From assembly GCA_027593235.1 (NCBI GenBank), contig JAQCIU010000027.1, positions 1 through 44,214 of the forward strand: a stretch of DNA of 44,214 nt, written 5' to 3'. The notes beneath the pieces were generated by a model. The model made no database searches. It was not told the origin of the DNA and saw only the letters and a program-made list of their open reading frames with translations. Below are positions 1 to 7,696 of this stretch, piece by piece. Numbering within the stretch: position 1 is the first letter of the stretch; every line of letters starts with the position of its first letter. The stretch is from Chloroflexota bacterium (GTDB lineage: Bacteria; Chloroflexota; Dehalococcoidia; UBA2979). Made by a program: the position numbers and the translations under genes.

Positions 1-1
1 G

Positions 2-607
2 CCGCTGGAGCCGGCGGCTCCGGATCCGACCGCGCCGACCGTGCCGGCGGCCACGCCGGAGGTGACCGGCGCGCCCGAAGCCACGCCGACGATCGAACAG
101 GCGCCACCGATCGCAGCGACGCTCGCGGCGGCGCTCCTGCCGGCGGCAAGCGTGGCGGCGGAGGATCGCGAAGCGGCGAGTCCGGCGAACGCCGCCAGAA
201 CCTCGGTGGTCTCGCTGCGCCCGACGCGGATTTCGGTCAACGGTGGCGCGAGCGCGATAGTGATGGCGCAGACACACCCACGGGTGATGGCGGAGCCGCT
301 GGCGAACCAGTTGGTGCCGGAGCTGGATGCGCCACTGCTGGTGGCAACGGGGGAGCCATTGGATTCGCTGACGACGCGGGAGCGCGAGGTGCTGACGCTG
401 ATCGCGCGCGGTTACTCGAACGCGGCGATCGCGGAGACGTTCGTGATTTCCGAGGGGACGGTCAAGACGCACGTGAAGCGCGTGCTGGCGAAGCTTGGGT
501 TGCGCGATCGAACGCAGGCGGCGATCTACGCATACGAGACGAACTTCGTGGCCGCGCGTGTGGTGGTCGACGTGCCGGAGCCGATCGTCCTGACGCGGGT
601 GCGCTAG
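2..607 (+). CDS. LuxR/NarL-family HTH regulator, 5'-truncated by the window, with long Ala/Pro/Thr linker
   Basis: C-terminal LTTREREVLTLIARGYSNAAIAETFVISEGTVKTHVKRVLAKLGLRDRTQAA is a classic LuxR HTH; frame is open back to position 2. Confidence 0.88.
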   Translation, partial: PLEPAAPDPTAPTVPAATPEVTGAPEATPTIEQAPPIAATLAAALLPAASVAAEDREAASPANAARTSVVSLRPTRISVNGGASAIVMAQTHPRVMAEPLANQLVPELDAPLLVATGEPLDSLTTREREVLTLIARGYSNAAIAETFVISEGTVKTHVKRVLAKLGLRDRTQAAIYAYETNFVAARVVVDVPEPIVLTRVR

Positions 608-647
608 CGCCGCTCGCGGTGGCTACGCGGGAGCGCCCACGCGGTGG

Positions 648-1457
648 CTAGCGCGGAAGCCCCCCACTAAACCAGTTGATCCGCGCCTCGAGTTGAGCGG
701 GGCCACCGGCGTGCATGACGGCGATCGCGTCGTCATCCGCTTCGGTCAGGGTCCGGGGGCCGCGCGGGCTAACGCCGTCGCCGATGCCCAGTTTCACGGT
801 GAGCTGGCGGGCGCGCCGGACGACAGCACCGATGCCCTCCGTGGCGTCGTGATGCTCGCCGATCGCGGGGATCAGCGCGTCAGGCAGACCCCAGATCGAG
901 GCGACCTCGATACCGAGCGTCTGGTGATCCGTGTCGAACTCCGCGCGTTCCGCTTCGATGTCGGTGGCGCCGGCCTTGATGCGGCGGAGCACGCGCTGGT
1001 AGTGAGGCGGCGAGGAGCAGGCGAGTGCGAGCCGCCCGACGTCGTGGAGCAGCCCGGCGCTGAAGGCGAGCGGGCGGATCGCGCGGACAGATTCGTCAGT
1101 GGAGGCGATGGCGTCCGCGAGGAGCGCGGTACCGACGAGATGACGCCAGAGTTCATCCTGATCGAGGCCGGACTTGGTGAGATCAGCGCCGGTGGATTGC
1201 TGCATGACGATGCCGAGGATGACGCGCTGTGTCTCCTCGAGGCCAAGGCGCACGATCGCGTCGGAGGCGCGAACGATGCGCTGTGCCGGCGCGTCCGCTG
1301 CGGAGTTGGCGAAGCGCAGCAGCGCGAGGGTGATCGCGGGATCGACTTCGACGACGGCGGCGATCTCCGTGATCGTGGCCTGCTTCGACATGATCAAAGA
1401 GACCGACTGGGAATGCGCCGGTGAGAGGACGGGAACACGAGCGGCGTTGATCGTCAT
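648..1457 (-). CDS. HDOD-domain protein
   Basis: DPAITLALLRFANS, AIVRLG, LWRH, AGLLHDVGRL, DH..LG...A..WGLP..I..HH motifs. Confidence 0.9.
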   Translation of the reverse strand: MTINAARVPVLSPAHSQSVSLIMSKQATITEIAAVVEVDPAITLALLRFANSAADAPAQRIVRASDAIVRLGLEETQRVILGIVMQQSTGADLTKSGLDQDELWRHLVGTALLADAIASTDESVRAIRPLAFSAGLLHDVGRLALACSSPPHYQRVLRRIKAGATDIEAERAEFDTDHQTLGIEVASIWGLPDALIPAIGEHHDATEGIGAVVRRARQLTVKLGIGDGVSPRGPRTLTEADDDAIAVMHAGGPAQLEARINWFSGGLPR

Positions 1458-1466
1458 ACGACGGGC

Positions 1467-1751
1467 CTATCTGTTGGGATCAGGAGGAGTTGGATCGAAC
1501 GCCGCAGGGTCGAGCCAGCGCCGATCGTTCCGCAATGCGGTTGCCGCGGAGAGGCTGTCCCCGACGCTCTTGATGCCGATCCGGAGCCAGTTCCCACAGC
1601 GATCGCAGAGGTGGAGCAACCGGAGGTTGCTGCGATGGGTGATGCGGGTGGCGCCCTGTTCCCCGGCAACCGGCTGTCCGGTGATCGACGAAAACTCGAA
1701 GGCAGCGCCCTGGAGCGGCCGTTCGCACACGTTGCACAGGAAGGTCTGCAT
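1467..1751 (-). CDS. Small C4 zinc-finger-like protein (CxxC-x39-CxxC), paralogue of 5000-5209
   Basis: CNVC...CDRC; GAGG RBS; ends 9 nt before the HDOD start; ungapped similarity to ORF 5000-5209. Confidence 0.8.
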   Translation of the reverse strand: MQTFLCNVCERPLQGAAFEFSSITGQPVAGEQGATRITHRSNLRLLHLCDRCGNWLRIGIKSVGDSLSAATALRNDRRWLDPAAFDPTPPDPNR

Positions 1752-1852
1752 CGCGGACCTCGATCATCGCGCGGGTTTGAGGCGTCCCACGGTTGGGGGT
1801 GCCGTTGGGTTCATCCTCGGAACATCTGGAGTCGATCAGCGGACCGGTTATA

Positions 1853-1880
1853 GAACGTTGAGCGAACGTTGATTGAACGG
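1853..1880. promoter_or_regulatory. Three 11-bp-phased GAACG(TTGA) direct repeats
   Basis: GAACGTTGA at 1853 and 1864, GAACGG at 1875, in a divergent intergenic region. Confidence 0.45.
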
Positions 1881-2009
1881 AAAGCAGAGCGAGCCGTCAG
1901 GATTCCACCGACCCCCAGTTGCTCAGGGCGAACACCGAAGCCGCCTTCACCGACCGAGCCGAGAATCGTGATATCGGGATGACGTGATGGTGAATGGGGA
2001 GGAGGGGCG

Positions 2010-2969
2010 ATGTCCGTTGACGAAGAATTTCGCGGCCTGCCGATCCCCTCCTCGATACTCCTCCCGCACCCGCCGGGGTTCGCGATCTTCGATCAGAACG
2101 GGGTCCCGCTGGACGTCGCGAAGCTGGATCCGCGCATCGATCCGATGGTGCTGATCCATCCGAAGGACTCCCCGGCGTTGCTCAAATGGGGCGAGCAGCA
2201 CGTCGCGGCGATCCTGACTAACGAGGCGCTCCCACTCTGGGAGCGCCAATACTTCCTGCACTACGGTCTGGTGTTGCAGGCGGGGCGGCTGTTCCGGTAC
2301 CGGGCGCGATTCGCGCGGGTGCAGCCGCTACTCGAGATCTTGCAACTGGCGGCAGCGTTCGTAACGCGCGAGCCATCCTCGTTCGCGGCTTCGCTCTCGA
2401 TGATGGTTGGACCCTACCGGACGGATTCGCACGCGGCGGGCACGGGGTTGTTGGCGGCGGCATTGCTGGTCGGCACGGCACCCGCAGGTTCGCTGGCGGC
2501 ACCGATCCTGGCGGCACCGATGCTGTCGGGGATGGTGGCGGATGTAGGGTTGGTGGAGAGCCATCGCGATTTGCTGAGTTTCGAGCGGGCGATGACGCCA
2601 CCGGAGCGGAACATCCTGCACGCGCACCCGCACTCCTCATCGCAGCTCGCGCGGCGGATTGGGCTGACGAGCGAGCGGATCCTCGAGGGGATCGAATCTC
2701 ACCACGAACGAATCGACGGCAGCGGCTACCCGCTGGGGCTGGGCGGCGACATGGTGCCGCGGCTGGCCCAGTGCGTCGCGCTGGCGGATACCTACCTGAC
2801 GCTGATCACGGAACGCCCTCGGACGGAGGCGCTGTCGCGGGACGACGCGCTGCAGGCGGTTTCGAACGAGGTGTTCTCGCGCGAGCTGGTTGAAGCACTG
2901 GCACGGCTGGTCCGCAGCAGCTACGACAGCGAGGCCGAACTGATGGCTGCGATGCAATCAGTTGCGTAG
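2010..2969 (+). CDS. HD-GYP domain protein with degenerate HD motif
   Basis: HP..S, HHERIDGSGYPLGL, VALAD; HD position reads VADVG; strong GGAGG RBS. Confidence 0.85.
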   Translation: MSVDEEFRGLPIPSSILLPHPPGFAIFDQNGVPLDVAKLDPRIDPMVLIHPKDSPALLKWGEQHVAAILTNEALPLWERQYFLHYGLVLQAGRLFRYRARFARVQPLLEILQLAAAFVTREPSSFAASLSMMVGPYRTDSHAAGTGLLAAALLVGTAPAGSLAAPILAAPMLSGMVADVGLVESHRDLLSFERAMTPPERNILHAHPHSSSQLARRIGLTSERILEGIESHHERIDGSGYPLGLGGDMVPRLAQCVALADTYLTLITERPRTEALSRDDALQAVSNEVFSRELVEALARLVRSSYDSEAELMAAMQSVA

Positions 2970-2973
2970 CCGA

Positions 2974-4476
2974 CTAGATCAGGCCCATGCGGGCAGCCGC
3001 TGAGACAGCGGCAATCTTCGAAGAGACCCCGAGCTTCTGATACGCGTTGTAGGCGTGACTCTGCACGGTCCGCCAACCGACGCCGAGTGCCGCACCAGCT
3101 TCGCGGTATGAGTTTCCATCACGGAACAGCCGCAGCACTTCCAGTTCGCGCGCCGTGAGGTCGGTATCCGCCTGGGCCGTCAGCGTGTCGATGCCGGGCA
3201 TGAGATCGAAGCGCCCGAGCGCGGCGGCGATACGGGCGCGGTGGGCGTGATGGGCGTAGGCAATGCCGAGCGCCCGGCAGCGGTCGGTGCCGGCACGGAC
3301 GAGATCGCTCCAGCGTTCCCGGGCGCCGTGCGGCGGGTCGAAGACGAGCAGTTCCGCACATTGGACACGGGCAAGTGCGGCCTCCACGGGGGAGTCGATC
3401 CGATCGGCGATGACGATCGCTTCCTCAAGCCAGCGGAGGCCGCGCGGGATGTCGCCGGCGCGGCTGGCGAGCAGGCCACGCACGCGGTGGGCGAGCACGG
3501 GCCACGCGGGCGCGCGGAGTACATGATCCGGCCACGCCCGATCGAACCAGGCGGACCATTCGGCAGCGGCTTCGCGGGTACCGCTGATGGCGACGGCTTC
3601 GGCGGCGATGAGCACCGCACCGATCGAGTAGAGCGCGAGCGGCCCGTCCGGAGGCGCGGGCTGGTAACCACTTGCGCCCTCGATGGCGTCGCAAAGCGCG
3701 CGTAGCGCGTCCGGGTTGCTGCGGAATGCGGGCGGCGCTTGCGAACGGAAGGCGACGATCTGCTCCACAGTGCGGCGCGCAGCGGGGACATCGCCGTCGA
3801 CGAGTCGCCAGTAGAAGTCGACCTGGAGCCGATACCAGTCGACGGGTTTGAGCCCGGCCTCGGTGGATGGGCCAGGCACCGCAGCGGTCGGGCGCTCGCC
3901 GCTGACGACGCGCATCTGTTGGTCAACGAGCTGGGAGAGGGTCAAGTGCCACTCCGGCGCGTCCGGCTGCATCGATGCCGACGCCGCAGCGAGGATGGCG
4001 CGGGCTCGCTGCGTCTCACCGATCGCGAGCAGCCATGGCGTCAGCAGACGCCGTTCGACCAACTTCGTTCCCGACGGGGCGCACGGCGGGGTCGAGCGGA
4101 GGAGCGTGTCGATCTCCTCGAGGGTGACAGTGGCAAGACCATGGCAGCGCGCGACGGTTTCTCGCAACACCTGGTCACGACAGTCGACAGGGGTGGACAT
4201 GCCTCCGACGACGGCGCGGGCCTCGGCGAGCGTGCGAAGCGCTCTGGCGGGATCAAGCGCCAACTCGAAGCCGGAGCGGATGCGGAGGGCGCGAGCGCGA
4301 TCGAGATCGGGGGAGCCGGCGCGCTCTGGTGCGATGATGCTGACGCCGACCGGGAAGCGCGGGAACCGCGTCTGGAGCTCCGCGAGCTGGGCATGAATCA
4401 CCCGCGCGACACCGCCGTCCCGACTGGACGACCGGTGTAGGGTCGCGCCATCGCGTGCCGACCGGTTCTCACTCAC
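2974..4476 (-). CDS. Large helical-domain LuxR-family regulator (start uncertain)
   Basis: C-terminal LTARELEVLRLFRDGNSYREAGAALGVGWRTVQSHAYNAYQKLGV; preceding Ala/Arg-rich helical region. Confidence 0.82.
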   Translation of the reverse strand: MSENRSARDGATLHRSSSRDGGVARVIHAQLAELQTRFPRFPVGVSIIAPERAGSPDLDRARALRIRSGFELALDPARALRTLAEARAVVGGMSTPVDCRDQVLRETVARCHGLATVTLEEIDTLLRSTPPCAPSGTKLVERRLLTPWLLAIGETQRARAILAAASASMQPDAPEWHLTLSQLVDQQMRVVSGERPTAAVPGPSTEAGLKPVDWYRLQVDFYWRLVDGDVPAARRTVEQIVAFRSQAPPAFRSNPDALRALCDAIEGASGYQPAPPDGPLALYSIGAVLIAAEAVAISGTREAAAEWSAWFDRAWPDHVLRAPAWPVLAHRVRGLLASRAGDIPRGLRWLEEAIVIADRIDSPVEAALARVQCAELLVFDPPHGARERWSDLVRAGTDRCRALGIAYAHHAHRARIAAALGRFDLMPGIDTLTAQADTDLTARELEVLRLFRDGNSYREAGAALGVGWRTVQSHAYNAYQKLGVSSKIAAVSAAARMGLI

Positions 4477-4550
4477 AACGGCGGGGCCTTCCGCGATCCC
4501 TGCGGTTCTCTACCTATCGAGGGTCCTCGGAAATCGATCGCCCGCACTAT

Positions 4551-4589
4551 TGCGTTGACACTTATATCAATGCTTAAACTGTCAACGCA
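4551..4589. promoter_or_regulatory. Perfect 10-bp inverted repeat TGCGTTGACA-N19-TGTCAACGCA (candidate operator)
   Basis: Read directly; AT-rich spacer; lies between the divergent LuxR and zinc-finger/wHTH genes. Confidence 0.55.
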
Positions 4590-4999
4590 GCGACAGATTC
4601 AGGTGGTGTCTCCTTCAATGTTTACTGGGCTTTTTGACCGAACGAGATCGGGGCGTGATCGAGCCGGTGATCGGTTCGTGATCGGTTGTCCGACAAGCGT
4701 GAGCGAATGTTGACATTCACCGCGCGCGTACCCCTCAAGGGTCGTTCCGCAACGGGCCGAGATGTGGGACGACGGGCCGCGGTGAGTTTCTGACGAGGCA
4801 CGCGGGCTTCTGAAGAGTCACTGACGAGAGCGTCGAACTCAGTCACGTGACGCAAGAGAGATGGCTCAGCGATTCCTACGATAGTGACGTCGGTGGTGGC
4901 TTCCGGTTCCGATCGGGGCGATGGAAGGCACGCTGGCGCGGCGGGGCGCAGCGGTTGGGATGGCGGCGAGTCAATCGCGCGCCAGAACTGGGGTCCGCA

Positions 5000-5209
5000 A
5001 TGCCAGCGATTCTCTGTGACCTCTGTCGTCAGGAGCTGCATGGCGCCGCGACGGAGATACGTCTTGCCCGCGGGCTCGCCGGGACGAATGCTGCCGGCAA
5101 GCCGTTCCTGGTGCCCCGTGACGATGACTCTCCGCAGTTCCTCTGCACCCGCTGTACCGCGTGGGTAACGACGGCGATCGATCAGCTTCGAGACTCCTTT
5201 GCCTCCTAA
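5000..5209 (+). CDS. Small C4 zinc-finger-like protein (69 aa), paralogue of 1467-1751
   Basis: MPAILCDLC...LCTRCTAW; start placed at ATG 5000 by alignment with the paralogue and shared leader sequence. Confidence 0.8.
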   Translation: MPAILCDLCRQELHGAATEIRLARGLAGTNAAGKPFLVPRDDDSPQFLCTRCTAWVTTAIDQLRDSFAS

Positions 5210-5954
5210 CCGCGTGACCTGGAGCAGCGACGAGCGGCCGGGCGACAGCCACGGGCCGGTGCCAGAACGTCCTCGGTTGGCGCTACTGGAGGCACCAACC
5301 GACGGCGCCGCGGACGATGTCCGCCTCGCCCCAAACGCCAGGCGCGCCTGGGTGGGTGGCCGCGAACTCGAACTCACAACGCAGCTCTTCGACCTGTTGT
5401 CCTTCTTCCTTGCCCACCGCGGCGAGGCGGTCAGCTTTGAGGTGCTGGCCTCCGAGGTCTGGGCGTATCCGCACGGCGCGGGCGATCACCACTTCCTCCA
5501 TACGGCGGTCTACCGGCTGCGTCGGATTTTGAACGGCGCCGGCATCGACGACCTGGTCGATGGGATCCGGGGCTACGGCTATCGGATCAGCGCTGGGCCG
5601 CCGATCAAGGAGGAGCCCGCCGTCCTCGCGACGCGGGCGATCGGCGTGTTCGACCCTCGCGATGCGGATCTGCCGCTCTCGATCGTCAACGACGCAGCCG
5701 TCGGGCTGACCGGCTACAGCATGGAAGCGCTGACGCGCATGCCGCATATCGTGGACCGCCTCTGGCCACCGGAGGCGCGATTGGTGATCAATGCGGTAGT
5801 CGATGACGCGGTGCGTACCGGGGCCGCCGACGCAGCGGGATTGTCACTGCGACGGGCGGATGGATCCACGGTGTTGGTGGATATCGCAATCACGCGGCTG
5901 GGAGCGTCCGCCGCGCCATTGTGCTTAGGTGAGGCAACGCCGCTCGATCGCTAG
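5199..5954 (+). CDS. OmpR/PhoB-type winged-helix protein with C-terminal PAS-like domain, no receiver domain
   Basis: LELTTQLFDLLSFF...VSFEVL..EVW...AVYRLRRIL...IRGYGYR, then VNDAAVGLTGYS..L and RRADGSTVLVDI; start may be GTG 5214. Confidence 0.85.
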   Translation: MPPNRVTWSSDERPGDSHGPVPERPRLALLEAPTDGAADDVRLAPNARRAWVGGRELELTTQLFDLLSFFLAHRGEAVSFEVLASEVWAYPHGAGDHHFLHTAVYRLRRILNGAGIDDLVDGIRGYGYRISAGPPIKEEPAVLATRAIGVFDPRDADLPLSIVNDAAVGLTGYSMEALTRMPHIVDRLWPPEARLVINAVVDDAVRTGAADAAGLSLRRADGSTVLVDIAITRLGASAAPLCLGEATPLDR

Positions 5955-6015
5955 GCTGAGATGGCTGATGGTCCAGACGATCGCGGGTGCGCACCCGCTC
6001 GGGAGTGAAGCAACG

Positions 6016-6201
6016 ATGGACTCACAACGAACTGCCAAGGCGAAGCACGTCGATCTGACTTGCCCTCGCTGTCGTGACTCCCTGAAGCAGCCGGATGGCG
6101 ATCCGGCAAGCGCGCACACCATGGGGAGTGGCTGTGTCGTCTACCGGGAGCGTCGAGCGGCAGCGACCGGGACGCCGACCAGCACCGCGAACGGCGACTA
6201 A
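6016..6201 (+). CDS. Small hypothetical protein with CPRC...H...C motif
   Basis: GGGAG RBS at 6001-6005, ATG 6016, possible metal ligands; co-oriented with upstream genes. Confidence 0.45.
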   Translation: MDSQRTAKAKHVDLTCPRCRDSLKQPDGDPASAHTMGSGCVVYRERRAAATGTPTSTANGD

Positions 6202-6370
6202 CCGCCGTCCGCGCACCGGTCAGGGGCGCAACGCATCCCGAGGGCCGGCCCGGCCGCGGGAGCCGTCGCGTCGAATGGCGGTCGTGCGTAGCTCCACCAC
6301 AAGCCCCCGAACCCCGCAGTTCCGCCCAGCGATCACGGGGCTCCACTGACGCGGCGCACAGTCGCGCCGC

Positions 6371-6379
6371 TGCTACGAT
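6371..6379 (+). promoter_or_regulatory. Extended -10 element (TGcTACGAT), possibly for tRNA-Arg
   Basis: TGn plus TACGAT about 80 nt upstream of the tRNA. Confidence 0.35.
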
Positions 6380-6461
6380 ATGGCGGCGCTCGAGGGCACC
6401 GACGGGCCGCTCTCGCCGTTGCCGGCGAGCCGTTCCTCGTCAGCCCCGCGCGTCGTCGCAC

Positions 6462-6537
6462 GCCCCCGTAGCTCAGGGGATAGAGCAGCGGACTTCTAAT
6501 CCGCCGGTCGGAGGTTCAAATCCTTCCGGGGGCGCCA
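6462..6537 (+). tRNA. tRNA-Arg (anticodon UCU)
   Basis: Acceptor GCCCCCG/CGGGGGC, D arm GCTC/GAGC, anticodon arm GCGGA-CTTCTAA-TCCGC, T arm GGAGG-TTCAAAT-CCTTC, encoded CCA; 76 nt. Confidence 0.97.
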
Positions 6538-6642
6538 CGATCCCTTTCCGACGAGACGATTCGGGGCGATCACGACGGCGCTCCGGCGGAGCACCATGAC
6601 GGGGCGCCGCGAATGTCGTGCCGCAGTGCGGAGAGGAATGCA

Positions 6643-7017
6643 ATGGCCAACGTGAGCGTGCGCTACATCGTCCACGATGTGGACGCGGCGATTCCGTTCT
6701 ATGTGGAGCAACTCGGGTTCGAACTGGTGATGCACCCGGCACCGGGGTTCGCGAGCCTGTCGTACGGCGCGCTCCGCCTGCTGCTGAACCGGCCGGGGGC
6801 CGGCGGCGCTGGTCAGGCGATGCCGGATGGCCGCGAGCCCGCGCCAGGTGGCTGGAACCGCGTGCAGATCGAGGTTGGCGACCTGGATGAGGTGGTCGCG
6901 AGGCTGACCGAGGCGGGCACGAGCTTTCGCAATGAGATCGTCACCGGGAACGGCGGCAAGCAGATCCTGGTCGACGATCCGTCGGGGAACCCAATCGAGC
7001 TGTTTCAACCGTTCTGA
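6643..7017 (+). CDS. VOC/glyoxalase-bleomycin resistance family protein
   Basis: VRYIVHDVDAAIPFY...LGF; DDPSGNPIELF; GAGAGG RBS. Confidence 0.9.
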   Translation: MANVSVRYIVHDVDAAIPFYVEQLGFELVMHPAPGFASLSYGALRLLLNRPGAGGAGQAMPDGREPAPGGWNRVQIEVGDLDEVVARLTEAGTSFRNEIVTGNGGKQILVDDPSGNPIELFQPF

Positions 7018-7137
7018 GCCTGACGGGCCTCACCGGCGCACGGCCGACCGCAGAATCTCCCGAGGCGTTACCGCCGGCGAACCGTTACCGTCGGCGACGG
7101 GGCGCGCGGACCTCGGTGCCGGGCCAGCTTCCGAGGC

Positions 7138-7557
7138 TCAGGCCGGCACGGGCTGGCGAGCGCTGAGGTTGAGCCGGCTGGTGATTTCCACGTTGCTCAG
7201 GGTGTTGCAGATCGGGCAGGTGCAGGCCAGCGCCTCCAGCTCCGAGCGGTACGCCAGCAGTGCGGGGTCGGCGACCTCCAGATCGATGTCCACCACGATG
7301 CTGACGACCCGCGCCGGGTTCTGTGCCATCTGCGCATCCAGGGTCGCTTCGGCGCGCAGGACCGTCACATCCTTCAGCCGGTCCTGGTTGAGGAGCGCGC
7401 CGAGCGTGCAGTTCCCAAGCGCGATCAGCAGCAGTTCCGTAGAGGTGTAGCCCAGCGGGCCATCATCGACGGCTTCTCGAACGTTGACCTGTGAACGGCC
7501 GCGCGCCGTGAAGACGATGCGCTTCCGATCCTGGTAGTCGGCGTGAACCGTGGCCAT
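7138..7557 (-). CDS. OsmC/Ohr family protein
   Basis: STELLLIALGNC...CPICNTL two-cysteine pattern; GAGGAG RBS. Confidence 0.85.
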   Translation of the reverse strand: MATVHADYQDRKRIVFTARGRSQVNVREAVDDGPLGYTSTELLLIALGNCTLGALLNQDRLKDVTVLRAEATLDAQMAQNPARVVSIVVDIDLEVADPALLAYRSELEALACTCPICNTLSNVEITSRLNLSARQPVPA

Positions 7558-7696
7558 GGTCGCTCCTCGATCGGTGGGGGCTGGGCGGGCGATCGGGCCC
7601 GCGTGGTTGTTGACTATTCTACTCAAGTTTCTGAATGAATTTTGGATCGAGATGGTGCGCTAGAGTCCCCGTCATCACCCGACAGGACGGCGATCC

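Noticed and set aside
4735-4763. Sigma-28-like promoter TCAA...GCCGAGAT
   Set aside because: 17-nt spacing instead of about 15, and an imperfect -10
4790-4840. Hammerhead ribozyme suggested by CTGANGA cores
   Set aside because: No correctly placed GAAA or supporting stems
6462-6537. tRNA-Arg as integration site of a genomic island
   Set aside because: No integrase and no duplicated tRNA 3' end seen; the signalling cluster is on the 5' side; the partial match near 37591 is short and inside a gene
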